From assembly GCA_951406725.2 (NCBI GenBank), contig OX597842.1:10106001-10170000 (forward strand): DNA of 64,000 nucleotides. Reading direction: 5' to 3'. Source of the stretch: Octopus vulgaris. Lineage: Eukaryota. Below the pieces are notes generated by a model, which had not been told where the DNA came from, did not search any database, and saw nothing but the letters and a program-made list of their open reading frames with translations. Below, piece after piece: positions 50,301-63,597 of the stretch (positions within the stretch are counted from its first letter, which is position 1; the number at the start of each line of letters is the position of its first letter). Position numbers and translations under genes: made by a program.

Positions 50301-52150
50301 TTTCAGGGGAAGGAATAACTTAATATTGGAGCCCAGTGTTCCACTGGTATTATTCCATCAACCCCTGTACGGATGACGGTTGAGGTCAACCTCTGGAATT
50401 TGAGCTCAGGATGAAATGCCATTGAGCATTTTGTCTGGCAAGCTAATGGTCCTTGCCGGTTCTCCAGTTTAAATAATAATATCACCTTGTTGGGGGCCAG
50501 GCATTGCTGTGCTGCTGGTTGCTTTGTCACCGGTGCATGGTTACCTGCTTGGGATTTTGGGTTAGCGGGGCAGGATGAGGCTGGGGGTTTGTTTCCTCTT
50601 CTAATGTGTGTGGTTTCCCCCCAACCCCCTCCTGGACTAGATCTCAATCTGGTGGGGGGAGGAGGAATGCGGGGGGAAGCTTGCTCTTTTGACAACTGTT
50701 CCTCTACCTCTTCCTTTTTTTTTTTTCCTTTTGTTTTGTGTATGTATAAATATGTTGATGTTATATAACCTGTATTATCTATATATATCTTGTATTTTGT
50801 TGCAATGATCTAATTTAAGATATTTGACGTGTAGTACCTGTCGAAAATGATGGGGTTTCATTGTATGACAAATTCAGCTGGTGTTAATGGTGAGGTACAG
50901 TTAGTGATAATAATAGTGACATCTTACTAATTGTGATTTAGTGGTGCTCTAATCACTGTTTTTGTTAAACTGTTATGAGGACAGACAATTTGAAGTAGGA
51001 TGGCAGACACTTATGCATGCACACACATGCAGGGCTTCCACACAGTTTCCCATCTACTGCATTCATTCACGTTGTCATCAGGTCTTGTGTTGTCGTCATG
51101 ACATCCATACTGGTGTGTACGAGTTGGAATGTTTGGCAGAGCTGAAGTCTAGTGTCTTGTTCACATCTGATTTGGCATAGCTTCTACAGCTCGCTGGCTC
51201 TTACAAAAAGGGCACTGGGGGGGCTTTAACAAGGTCACTTTGAGGCGTGCAGCTGAGTAAAGTTAGGTGTCTTTGTTCTCAGATGAAAGAGGTTATCCTC
51301 TTATGTAATCAAGTGATTGTGGTCTACATATCTCATAAGGCATATGCCTACGCTTGTACTTTGAGTGGGCTTATATATTAGAACTGGTTTATATTAAAGA
51401 ATAGACATTGGGAGTTGGAGGTTGGTGTAGTGTTATCAACTCTAGCTACCCCTTGTCTGCGACTCCAACTCCACAGCCCTGGGAGAAATGGAGGAATATA
51501 TATTCGGGCATGTCCTGCAGTTCTTGGGTTGCTGTCATTACTGTTTCGTGGCGTAAAAAAAAATAGAATAGCCATTCCCATTTAATCGACTCCCTCCCCC
51601 AATTATGCTTACTGGTGGGGAAAATCAAAGGAGAGACCAATGTGGATCTATCTTAATGGCAATACGCATAACTTGGCAACACACATGTGTGTGTATGTGT
51701 ATATATATGCTTCTTAAAATGTGTGTGTGGGGCTTAGTGTTTAGGGTGTTGCACTTGGTCTGTAGCAATGGTGTTTTTTTTTTTATATATTCTTTGAGTG
51801 GGTGGTTTGTTCTTGATTGAGCAAAGCCTTTCTCCCCCCCCCCCCCATTGCTCTGCGATCACTTTTGACACCTGGTCTGTGGTGCACCGTGCATCTGTTT
51901 AGGCTGTCATTTCGCATGACCTAACGTGGGGCAGGGGCATCACTTGCAATGGCATACCAACGATTCTGCCGGTTTGCCACCTTTGTTGTTGTTGTTGTTG
52001 TTGTTATTAGTATGTGTTTTGAAAATTAATTTTTACCTGGCAGTTTAATTTATTTTTCTTTCTTTTTCCTTTACCTTTTCCGTTTCAGGCAACTATGGTG
52101 GTGGCGGCGGCGGTGGTGGATGGGGTAGCTCATACCGTGGCTACAACTGA
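33735..52150 (+). CDS. Two-RRM RNA-binding protein with acidic N-terminus and Gly/Tyr-rich C-terminal low-complexity tail (hnRNP/nucleolin-like), 437 or 494 aa
   Basis: Coding exons with GT-AG junctions and consistent phases: 33735-33888, 34539-34595, 36010-36151, 37662-37771, 38138-38167, 41282-41411, 42825-42949, 44106-44204, 45600-45679, 46295-46365, 47540-47617, 48548-48723 (or -48894), 52089-52150 (TGA). RRM1 RNP1-like KGFMRMKF; RRM2 RNP2 LYVNNI and RNP1 QGYALVEC; tail GNYGGGGGGGGWGSSYRGYN*. Confidence 0.88.
37236..37632. mobile_element. MITE with TIRs, ~30 nt upstream of a splice acceptor
   Basis: TTTTCGGTTTGAACGGCAGTTTTT ... AAAAACTGCCGGTCAAACCGAAAA. Confidence 0.7.
47141..47315 (+). 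pseudogene. NUMT: mitochondrial 16S (rrnL) fragment in an intron
   Basis: Conserved mt-16S motifs AAGGTAGCATAATAATTTG, GAATGAATGG and GACGAAAAGACCCTATTGAGCTT in the correct order. Confidence 0.88.
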
Positions 52151-52519
52151 GTGTGTAAAAAGTGTGTGTGAGGGGGGGTTGTATCTTGTCTGTCAAAAAA
52201 AAAAAAAAACACCAGTACGCCAGTGTGGTCCATGGTCGTCAGCACCAAGTCTTCAGAAGTTTAGCAAAGAAAGAAAGAAAAAAAAAAACAAAAAACAAAC
52301 TTGGTTGCTGCTTTTTTTATTTTTTTTTTTTTCCAAATTTTTTAACAATTTCCAGCTCATTTCTTTTAAAAGAAAAAAAAAACTTTTTTGTTTTCATCTA
52401 GTTCCTGTCTCTTTCTCTCTCATCATCTATCACACTCTCTTTCTCTCTCTCTTTCTCCATAGTCCTCCTCCTCCTACCTTTTTGAAACACTGGTCACTTA
52501 TTCATTAAAGGAAAAAAAA

Positions 52520-52710
52520 AAATAAAACTCATTTTCAATTTTATTCTATTCACATGGCTTTTTTTTTTATATAATTATTATTATTAGTTTCTTCCAAGGT
52601 TTTTCTGTTTTTAAATCTAGAAATAATAATAATTTAACCTTGTTTTATTTTTCCTCCTCCACTCTTTTTCCCTCCCTCTGCCCGTCACCGTTTTCCCATT
52701 GAAATAAACT
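52520..52710 (+). terminator. Candidate poly(A) signals
   Basis: AATAAA at ~52521 and ~52703, the latter followed by a GT/T-rich tract (TTTTGTTGTTTGTT). Confidence 0.5.
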
Positions 52711-54849
52711 CCATGGTAACTATATACGTGGCCTTTTGTTGTTTGTTCATGAGATGAATGTAACTGGCCTTGGTTCTTTGCCATAGGCCTTCGTGTTTAA
52801 TTACAGTGCATTTGGCTTTAGCAGTTGAAATATGTAACAAACATATTTCACCTAATTCGAAACACTGCTTTGCGCCTATGGTCCCTTAATATACATAAGA
52901 GAAACAATTCTTAACCCTTTTGCTACCAGCCTGGCTGAAACCGCCTCTGGCTCTGTAGTACAAGTGTCTTGTTTTAAGTTTTGGATTAGAATCTTCCACC
53001 AGACCTTGGTCACATTTTATGTTCCTAACACTAGCTTAATGATAACTAAGTTATTTTACTAAATTCTTTGTTATATTTAGAATTAATTGAAAGAAACACA
53101 GAGCATCTCGACAGGAATATGGTATCAAAAGGGTTAAAATATATAATAGAGAAACAATTCTTAACCCTTTTGATACCAACCTGGCTGAAACCACCTCTGG
53201 CTCTTTATTATAAATGTCTTGTTTTTTATAAGTTCTGAATTAGAATCTTCCACCAAACCTTAGTCACAATTTATGTTCCTAACACAAGCTGAATGATAAC
53301 TAAATTAATTTACTAAATTCTTTATGTATAAAGTAATTGAAAGAAACACAGCATCTCAAAATAAATACAGTAACGAAAGGGTTGACACTTGTGCATTTAA
53401 ACCAGCTTTGTCTGCATGTTCTTATGTCCGAAACTGGCCAGATTTTGCCTCTTGAATCTACTCTCGATTGTGGGTCTTAGGAACCAGAGCTGTGGGGTCA
53501 ACGAAAAACTCCGTTTCCTCTTTATGTAATTGATTGTGGTGGATATTTCTCATAAAGCATATTCATACACTTGTACTTTGATTGGGCCTGTATGTTAGAA
53601 CTGGTTTGTTTTAACCCTTTAAAATTTAGATTACTCTGTCCACTGTAATGCTTTTTTACTCAAATTGTTTGAATTAATCATGCATTATCTCATGGCTTTG
53701 AGGTTTCAAATGTGATTAGGTGTGAGAGGCTAGATATGGCTGGTTCAAATATAAAACATGTTGAATATTTGGGCCAGATATGGCTGGTTTAAACTCTAAA
53801 AGGTTAAAGAATAGTTTTACCAACTCCAATTTGGCGGCCCTGTTTTAAAAAAAATCACATCCCAAATCTGATTAGTACAATGAATGAGCATTTAAAATTG
53901 ACAGGGTGATCTGAATGCTAGAGGGATCTCAGAACCTCCAGCAAGTCTTCACATTTACCTTCTCTGCACTGTCATTGCAATTTATTGCCCTGGCGGTGCT
54001 CAAAATAAGACCTCACTATTTTTATTCCTGGTACTAAAAGGCGTAAACGGACTACTCTCTTGATTCGGAACAAAGCTGAACTTACGTTATCTGGTGTCCT
54101 TTTTATTGGATGAAAATGGCTGCTTCTGCATGGGAAGTTTTTCTGGGAGAAATCATGTTTGATTCTAACTTAGTTGATTTTAAGGGATTTACTCTGGCAG
54201 ATATCGATGGTGAAATTCTCCAAAGTGACGATGTGGATGTAGACTGCCTCTACAATTATATTGAGAATGATGTACTGGGTGGGTACTATTGTCCATGGTT
54301 GGCTAATGTAAGGAAAGTGATGGCCCACAAGAAGGTACATTTCTGAGGGGAAACTCTTTTGTCTATTAATGCTTTGCATTGTTCATCCATTCCTTTATTG
54401 GTATACAAAGGAATTCTGTACACCCAATGCAACGAGAGTTGTAACAATTTTAAAACGGGTGCTTATGTCTTCTGTGGAAAATAATACAGTGGCAGGGGAA
54501 ACCATTCTGTGGGCTAGGGGTTAATATACATTTCAGTCTGTGAATTCCAACAGAAATATGGTAACAAAAGGGTTAATGTGAGCTAAATAAGAATCTTCCA
54601 TCAGAATTTATTAATGTTCCAAACACCAGATTAATAATGAGTTATCTTACTAAATTCTTCGTTACAGAATTTTTTTAAATGAAGGCAGGGCATTTTAGCT
54701 TCCATCAGTTTGTTCCAAACACCAGCTTAATTAGGATTGTATGATTACTACTGGATCCTCCTGTTGCTAGAAGGTGGCACCATTTATTGGATGCAGTCAT
54801 GGATCATTAACCAGTATTAACCCTCTTGGGGTTAAAATGGCTACTCTTA

Positions 54850-55175
54850 TTTGTTTAAGTCGTATGACTGGGGCACCGCCTTTAGTCAAACAAATTGACT
54901 CCAGGACTTATTCTCTGTAAGCCTGGTACTTACTCTATCGGTCTCATTTGCCAAAACGCTAAGTTACAGGGACATAAACACACCAGCAGCGGTTAAGTGA
55001 TGTTGGGGGACGAGCACACATACACAACTGGCTTCTTTCAGTTTCCATCTACCAAATCCACTCGCAAGTCTTTGGTTGGCCTGAAGCTATAGTAGAAGAC
55101 ACTTGCCGAAGGTGCCACGCTGAGGGACAACCCAGAACCATGTGGTTGGTTAGCAAGCTACTTACCACAGCCACG
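54850..55175 (-). mobile_element. SINE
   Basis: Reverse complement of the 1643-2062 family. Confidence 0.75.
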
Positions 55176-56184
55176 AATATTACTTCTCAGTACAAATACT
55201 GCATTGATTTCTCAGATTTTAGGACTAGCATCTTTGCTTATACTCCTGTTTTTATATACAAACACCATCCGAGCGTGGCCGTTTGCCAGCCTCGTCTGGC
55301 ACATAAAATCACCCACTACACTCACGGAGTGGTTGGCGTTAGGAAGGGCATCCAGCTGTAGAAACACTGCCAGATCTGACTGGTCTGGTGCAGCCTTTGG
55401 GCTCCTCAGACCCCAGTTGAACCGTCCAACCCATGCTAGCATGGGAAGCGGACGTTAAATGATGACGTACACATAATATATAAAATGGCTACCTGTGTTT
55501 CAATGGGCCCACCTTGTCACATTCTGTGTGCTAATAATAATAAAGGAGTTTAGGGGGCAGGGGTTTGAGGAAGTAAGTGTCCTTGATTGATCAACGAAAA
55601 TTAAGCATTTGTTTTGTTGATCAGACATAGCAACATTTTAACCCTCAATTTCCACAATTTTTTTTTTTCTTCACTCCACCCTAATGCTGAGTCTTTGTGA
55701 GAACTACATTAAGGGTACAGGTGACTGTGGTGCGCTCAGCCACTTGCACCTGAATTTCGCAAGCAAGCTACACCATTGGTCTGGGACACTTATCATAACT
55801 GATGTGGTGGCAATTTGCTTATCATGGGCTTCTTTCAGTTTCCATCTCTTTCCATTTCCCTATTCAAGTTTAAAAAAAAAAACGTATCTCCTTGCTTCTC
55901 ATACTTGTGGATAGAAGTCCTGGGGTCGATTTATTCGATTAAAGGCAGTGCTCCAGCATGGCCGCAGTCAAATGACCGAAGCGTGTAAGAGAATATATGA
56001 ATGAATGAAAGAATTATGTACATGATCTGATCAATACGTATCTGGACTGTTTCCATAGTAACGAACTATCTGAAGCACGCGAAGTGAAGTCACATGGCAC
56101 AGTTTGACCTTCAGTTCTGCAGTGCAGGTGCACTAAGATTTAACGTTTTTTTTGTTGTTTTTTTTAGCTCACTTCAGCTGTTAT

Positions 56185-57430
56185 ATTCTTTTACTTGTTT
56201 CAGTCATTTGACTGTGGCCATGCTGGAGCACTGCCTTTAGTCGAGCAAATCGACCCCAGGACATATTCCATCGGTCTCTTTTGCTGAACTGCTAGATTAT
56301 GGGGATGTAAACACCCCAGCACCGGTTGTTAAGCTATGGTGAGAGGACAATCATAAACACACATGATGGGCATGTTTCAGTCATTTGACTGGCCATGCTG
56401 GAGCACTGCCTGTAGTCGAGCAAATCGACCTCAGGACTTACTCTATTGGTCTCTTTTGCTGAACTGCTAGGTTGCGTGTATGTAAACACACCAACACTGG
56501 TTGTCAAGCTATGGTGAGAGGACAATCATACACACACACACATATGATGGGCTTCTTTCAGTTTCCATCTACCAATTGCAGCCCTAGGTTGTAGAAGATA
56601 CTTGCCCATGAGGCACTGAACCCACTCTTGGTTATTCTTTGACTGTGGCCATACTGGAGCACTGCCTTTAGTCGAGCAAATCGACCCCAGGACTTATTCC
56701 ATCTGTCTCTTTGGCTGAACTGCTAGGTTACGGGGATGTAAGACACCAGCTATGGTCAGAGGACAATCATAAACACACACATATGATGGGCTTCTTTCAG
56801 TTTCCATCTACCAATTTCAGCCCGAGGTTGTAGAAGATACTTGCTCATGAGGCACTGAACCCACTCTTGGTTATTCTTTGACTGTGGCCATGTTGGAGCA
56901 CTGCCTTTAGTCGAGCAAATCGACCCCAGGACTTATTCCATCGGGCTCTTTTGCTGAGCTGCTAGGTTACGGGGATGTAAACACCCCAGCACCGGTTGTC
57001 AAGCTATGGTCAGAGGACAATCATAAACACACATATATGATGGGCTTCTTTCAGTTTCCATGTTTCAGTCACTTGACTCTGGCCATCCTGGAGCAGTGCC
57101 TTTAGTCGAGCAAATCGACCCTAGGACTTATTCCATCGGTCTCTTTTGCTGAACTGCTAGGTTACGGGGATGTAAACACACCAGCTATGGTCTGAGGACA
57201 ATTATAAGCACACATATATGATGGGCTTCTTTCAGTTTCCATCTACCAATTGCAGCCCGAGGTTGTAGAAGATACTTGCCCACGAGGCACTGAACCCACT
57301 CTTGGTTATTCTTTGACTGTGGCCATACTGGAGCACTGCCTTTAGTCGAGCAAATCGACCCCAGGACTTATTCTATCGGTCTCTTTTGCTGAACTGCTAG
57401 GTTACGGGGATGTAAACACACATGATGGGC
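56185..57430 (-). repeat. Tandem array of ~6 rearranged SINE bodies
   Basis: Repeating GGAGCACTGCCTTTAGTCGAGCAAATCGACCCCAGGACTTATTC...GAGGACAATCATA. Confidence 0.85.
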
Positions 57431-58221
57431 TCTGTCAAATGTAAAGCTCATTTATTCGCCTTGTTTTAATTAATCATCCTGTAATTAGTAGCTAGGAGAT
57501 CTCATTGATGTGATTGTTTATGTTTAAAACCGCATTCTTTGGAGTAAAGATTGGTTGCCTGCATAACATGGCAGTCCTGGTTTAGGACGAATGTTGCTGT
57601 AATTTAGCCCCAGGAGACATCATTTCCAGCTGACTATATGACATAGTCTGTGTCCTTATATCACTGCTTTTCAAACTTTTTGCTGAAGCAGAACCCCAAG
57701 GAAACATTTCACTGACTCGAGGAACCCCTGTGCAATAATTTAATTGTCTTATGCACACATATCTGCACAGGAGAATTAAAAATTACTGTCGATTTTAGCA
57801 TTTTTGTAACTTCTGGCGGAACCCTGGTTGAAAACCACTGCCTTATATTTTCAAAAAAGGGAATCTAGCACCCCAACTCAGCTCAAAACAATATCTGTGT
57901 ATCGTGATTTCCAGGTTATTTCCCTTCATCAGCATAGAATAACTGTTTGGCTAGAAGTGGTGCTGCCAAATTCCCGTTCAAAATATATAGTTTTCAAAGT
58001 AACAACTAGTCACTGATCTATAAATTAGAAAATTACTATTTGTAAACCTCACAAAGAGAGATATTCAGCAACAGTACTTGTAAAGATTATTTGCCAACAC
58101 AACATGGCAGTCCTGGTTTAGGACGAATGTTGCTGTAATTTAGCCCCAGGAGACATTGTCTCCAGCTGGCTATATGACATGATCTGTGTCCTTATATTTT
58201 CTAACAAGGGAATCTAAGGAC

Positions 58222-59016
58222 ATTGGGTTGTCCGGAAATTTCATGCCGATTTATAGTCGCTTACCTTTCGACTTATTTTAGAACATGGTTGAGTCCATGA
58301 AATAGGATTTGACCACACGTCCATTTAGAGCACAGTTTAAGCTATCTTTTCGTGGAAGAAAGTTTATGTTCCTATAACCTGTGTTAATTCTGTAACCCTT
58401 TAAAATGGAAGATAAGAAAGTTCATTTTTGGCACTTGATGCTTTGGGAACCAGACAAAAATTGCTGCAGCTCGGCCAATTTATAATAGCTTACTTTTCAG
58501 CTTATTTTAGTACATGGTTGAGTCCATAAAATAGGATTTGACCACACCTCCATTTAGAGCACAGTTTAAGCTATCTTTTCATGGAAGAAGGTTTATGTTC
58601 CTATAACCTGTGTTAATTGTGTAACCCTTTAAAATGGAATATAAGAAAGTTCATTTCCGGCACTTGATGCTTTGGGAACCAGACAAAAATTGCTGCAGCT
58701 CGGCTGGGATGTGTTACCCCACCCTCCATATTCACCAGATATTGCTCCTTCGGATTTCCACTTATTCAGGTCTCTGCAGAATAGTCTTAATGGTAAAAAT
58801 TTCAATTCCTTGGATGATGTAAAAAGATACCTTGATGAATTCTTTGCCATGAAACCACCTCAATTCAGGGAAGAGGGTAATTTCAAGTTAAAGGAAAGAT
58901 GGAGACACATTGTGGTACAACATGGTTCATATTTGGTTGATTAAAATGTAATGGCAAGTATTTATTGACCCTTTTCTTTCCTTTAAAAATCCGCACGAAC
59001 TTTCCAGACAACCCAA
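58222..59016 (+). mobile_element. Internally deleted mariner element with an internal ~225-bp duplication
   Basis: TIR TTGGGTTGTCCGGAAA / TTTCCAGACAACCCAA; transposase C-terminus LPHPPYSPDIAPSDFHLF within 58672-58944. Confidence 0.9.
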
Positions 59017-59089
59017 AACTTAAGGCGCAAAGACTAGAATCTGGTGGGGAGGGGGCTAGTCTATTACATTGATCTCGGGGTTTCACCGG

Positions 59090-60030
59090 CCCTTAGCTTA
59101 TCAACCCCAAAAGGATGAAAGGCAAAGTTGACCTTGGCAGGATTTGAACTCAGAACGTAAGGACATGAAATGGTGCTAAGAATTTTCCCCAGTATGCTAA
59201 TGATGATAATCCTTTCTATTATAGGCACAAGGCCTGAAATTTTTGGGGGAGGAGATTAAGTCGATTACATTGACCCCAGTGTATAACTGGTACCTATTTA
59301 ATCGACCCCGAAGGGATGAAAGGCAAAGTCAACCTTGGCGGGATTTGAACTCAGAACATAGCGTTGGGCGAAATACTGCTCAGTATTTTGCCCAGAGTGC
59401 TAATAATAATAAAAATAATAATAAACTCTTTTACTTGTTTCAGTCATTTGACTGCGGCCATGCTGGAGCACTGCATTTAGTCGAGCAAATCGACCCTGGG
59501 ACTTATTCTTTGTAAGCCCAGTACTTATTCTATCGGTCTCTTTTGCCGAACCGCTAAGTTACGGGGATGTAAACACACCAGCATCGGTTGTCAAGCAATG
59601 CTAGGGGACAAACACAGACACACAAACACACACATACACATACATATATATACATATATATGAGAGGCTTCTTTCAGTTTCCATCTACCAAATCCACTTA
59701 CAAGGCTTTGGTTGGCCCGGGGCTATAGCAGAAGACACTTGCCCAAGATGCCATGCAGTGGGACTGAACCCGGAACCATGTGGTTGGTAAGCAAGCTACT
59801 TACCACACAGCCACTCCTGCGCCTATATATACATATATATATATATATATTTTATTATATATATACGACAGGCTTCTTTCAGTTTCCGTCTACCAAATCC
59901 ACTCACAAGGCATTGGTCGGCCCGAGGCTATAGCAGAAGACACTTGACCAAGATGCCACACAGTGGCACTGAACCCGGAACCATGTGGTTGGTAAGCAAG
60001 CTACTTACCACACAGCCACTCCTGCGCCTA
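59090..60030 (-). mobile_element. Cluster of SINEs (two families, one with a duplicated head)
   Basis: Matches to the families at 660-1441 and 1643-2062. Confidence 0.8.
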
Positions 60031-60625
60031 TGATAATAATAATAATGATAACAATAATCATCATCATCATTTAGCATCCGTTTTCCATGCTAGCATGGGT
60101 TGGACGGTTCACCGCATGGCATTTGGGCAAGCCAGAAGGCTGCACCAGGCTCCAGACCAATGCCTGGCAGTGTTTCTACAGCTGAAAGAAGCCCGTCCTA
60201 TATATACCATATATATGCGTGTGTGTCTGTGTTTACGTCCTCGCCTGGCAACGGCCACGGTCGGATGCTGGTGTGTTTACGTGCCACCGGCACGGAGCCA
60301 GTTCGGCAAAAGAGACGTCGCTGGCATCGGCCACGAGCTCAGATAGTGCCACCAGTCCAGGGTTGCTGGCATCTGCCGGTGCCAGCATGGCCGCAGGTTC
60401 AATTCGATTTCTGATTTCACAAGCCCCAATAATAATAATAAAAGTAATGATGATAATAACGACAACATCAACAACGTTAACAGCAATAATAAAGTTTATA
60501 ATACAATTTTCAATTGAGTAAATAAAAATTATAATTTTACATTGTTTTTGAAATAGCATTATCAACTTCAAATACACATTATCAATCAGATAATAAGTCA
60601 AAGAAAAAAAAAACAGAAAAAATAT

Positions 60626-60666
<41 letters not shown>

Positions 60667-60699
60667 AATCAAGCAACAATAACATGTAACAGTAAGGAT

Positions 60700-62150
60700 G
60701 GCGGCGGTGGTGGTGGTGGTGCTAGTGGTATTGTTGCTGGTTATAATAATGTTGGTCACTGGTAGTGGTTGTGGTGGTGGTGGTGGTGGGCGAGAGTGCT
60801 GGTGATGGTGGTCGCTGTGTGTGGTAGTGGAGGTAATGGTTATTGCAGTACTGGTTGGTGGCGGTGGTGGTTCTGGAGATGCAGGAGGTGGTGGTGGTGG
60901 TAGTTGTGGTGGTGTGATGAGGGTGGTTGAGCATGCTGGAGGTGGTGGTGGTGGTAGCAGTGGTGATGCTGGTGGTAGTTATAGTGGTGTGATGAAGGTG
61001 GTGGTGGAAGTTGTGATGGAGGTGGTGTGGGTGGTTGAGGAGATGGTGGTGGTGGTAGTTGTAGTGGTGTGGGTGGTGATGAGGATGCTGGAGGTGGTGG
61101 TGGTGGAAGCTGTGATGGAGATGGTGGTGGTGTGGGTGGTAGTTGTAGTGGTGGTATGGTGGTGGTGGTGGTGTAGTGGTGATGAGGATGCTGGTGGTAG
61201 TTATAGTGGTGTGATGAGGATGCTGGAGGTGGTGGTGGGTGGTTGAGAAGGTGGTGGTGGAAGTTGTGATGGAGATGCTGGTGGTGGTGGTGGAGATGCT
61301 GGTAGTGGAGTGGTGTGGGTGGTTGAGGAGGTGATGTGGAAGCTGGAGGTGGTAGTTGTAGTGGTGTTGGTTGTTGTGATGATGGTGGTGGTGTTCGTGG
61401 TTGATAATGATAGGGGTGGTTCAGCTCATGGTAGAGATGGTGGTGGTAGTGGTGACAGCAATGTTAGTAGTAGTAGTAGTAACAGCAGCAGTAGTTAGAG
61501 GAATGGTGGTATTAAAGCTGGTTGTAGTAGTAGTAGTAGTGTTTGTGATGGTTGCAGTTGTAGAGGCGATGGTATTGGTGTGGTGGTGGTGGGGTTACCT
61601 TATTAGTTTGATGTGGAGGAAGGGGCAGTGCCCACGACTTGTAGCAGCCCCCTTAAAGACACCACCACCCCACTAAACTGCCACTCCACCCCCCATATCC
61701 AGCTCCGAAGGCCCATGGTGAATGTTCTCCTCAACACACAGGACATGGGACAGGAGTGGGGCTAGCTGCAGAGGGCGGGGGGCGACGAGGGGGAGGAGGT
61801 GGAAGAAGGAAGGAAAATGGGTTTAGTAAGGGTGGAAGGAATAAGACGTGGAGCCCTTAAAAGGGTGCCGGACTCAGTATGGATGGCGAGAGAAGTGGGA
61901 TGAAGAGGGAAGGGAAGAGGAAGGAGAATTGGAAGAAAGGAGGACGGAGAGGTAGGGAAGACAAAGATGAAGCGGGGAGGGAGGAGGATGAAGAGGAAGA
62001 GAGGACAATGAAGCAGGGAGGGAGGAGGATGAAGAGGAAGAGAGGACAATGAAGCGGGGAGGGAGGAGGATGAAGAAGAGAGGGAAGAGGCTGGAGAGGA
62101 AGGGAAGAGAAGAGAATGAAGAGGATGAGAGATAAATAAGTTGAGAACAA
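60700..62150. repeat. (GGT)n-like and purine-rich low-complexity sequence
   Basis: Direct inspection. Confidence 0.85.
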
Positions 62151-62436
62151 TGTCTAAGTGGAGGTGGTCATGAGATCAGCAAGAGACCACCATAGAGAGA
62201 GAAGACAAAAAGGATGAAAGACAGACTGTAAAATGTCTGAGGGGTGGGTGGGGGGAGACAGAGATTTTGGGGGTGTGGTGTAATACATTGATTTCAAATT
62301 TTGGAATTCCTAATTGGTGGTGGACTTTGAACTTGCAGCTATACAGTTTAAACAACCTATGTGTTTGAAATATAATCTTGGTCTGACATTTTGTTAGCCG
62401 GAGTCATTACATGGAGTGCTTACCGAGGTATATACT

Positions 62437-62638
62437 CTCTTACTTGTTTCAGTCATATGACTGTGGCCATGCTGGAGCACCGCCTTTAGTCGAGCAAATC
62501 GATCCCGGGACTTATTCTTTGTAAGCCCAGTACTAATTCTATCGGTCTCTTTTGCCGAACCGCTAGGTGACGGGGACATAAACACACCAGCATCAGTTGT
62601 CAAGCGATGTTGGTGGGACAAACACAGACACACAAACT

Positions 62639-62672
<34 letters not shown>

Positions 62673-62840
62673 CATATATACGACGGGCTTCTTTCAGTTT
62701 CCATCTACCAAATCCACTCAGAAGGCTTTGGTCGGCCCGAGGCTATAGTAGAAGACACTTGCCCAAGGTGCCACGCAGTGGGACTGAACCCGGAACCATG
62801 TGGTTGGTAAACAAGCTACTTACCACACTCCTGCGCCTAT
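62437..62840 (-). mobile_element. Full-length SINE
   Basis: Reverse complement of the 1643-2062 family. Confidence 0.85.
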
Positions 62841-63597
62841 GCTTCGATTTATTTAATCTCTATTTTCCTTATCACGAGAACCAGAAATGAAATCAGGAGC
62901 CTGAGCTTGAAGCAGTTGTTTTTACAGGCGTCGTTCACAAAGGTTTTAAAAGAGAGGGACATAAGGATATGCATTTTCTTCAAACTTTCATTTCACGGTG
63001 CAGCCTCATGGCTTATCAGACCACAGTCGAACTGTCCAACCCATGCCAGCATGGAAAGTGGATGTTAAACAATGATGATGTGTGTGTTTGTGTATATGTA
63101 TGTATACACGTAAGCATGTGTGTATGCATATATGTATGCATGTATCTTTGTATGTATGCATGCCTGCATGTATGTATATATATATATTTTTTTCCGACCA
63201 GTCCATCAGATGTAGTTACACATCGCTGGTCACAATGCGTTCGCATTGTTTTAGCCTTCGAATGATGCCACCCCGCTGGCTAAGCGAGCAGGCCAGTATG
63301 TATATATATATATATACATATATATGTGTGTGTGTGTGTGTGTATAAATTTGTATGTATGTGTGTGTATGAACGTATGTGTATGTATGCATGTATACATA
63401 CATGTATGTGAGTATGTATGTATACATGTGTATATTTATGTGTGTATGAGTATATAAATATATATTTGTGTGTGTCGAAACCATAATGATATATGTGGGG
63501 CAGCCGATGAAGGTACATTGGATTGTTAGCATGGCTGTTTTTGTATATGTAGAATAGTACTATAACACATCCTTTGGACATATATATATATATGTAT

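Noticed and set aside
33735-52150. Naming the gene nucleolin or a specific hnRNP
   Set aside because: Only two divergent RRMs, a short acidic region and no RGG array; orthology cannot be established by eye
53985-54525. Acidic 78-aa ORF 54110-54346
   Set aside because: Probably a decayed DNA-transposon (piggyBac-like, GGG-TTAA end) remnant; too weak to call
60095-60420. GC-rich ORF cluster
   Set aside because: Garbled chimeric SINE sequence, possibly low-quality consensus
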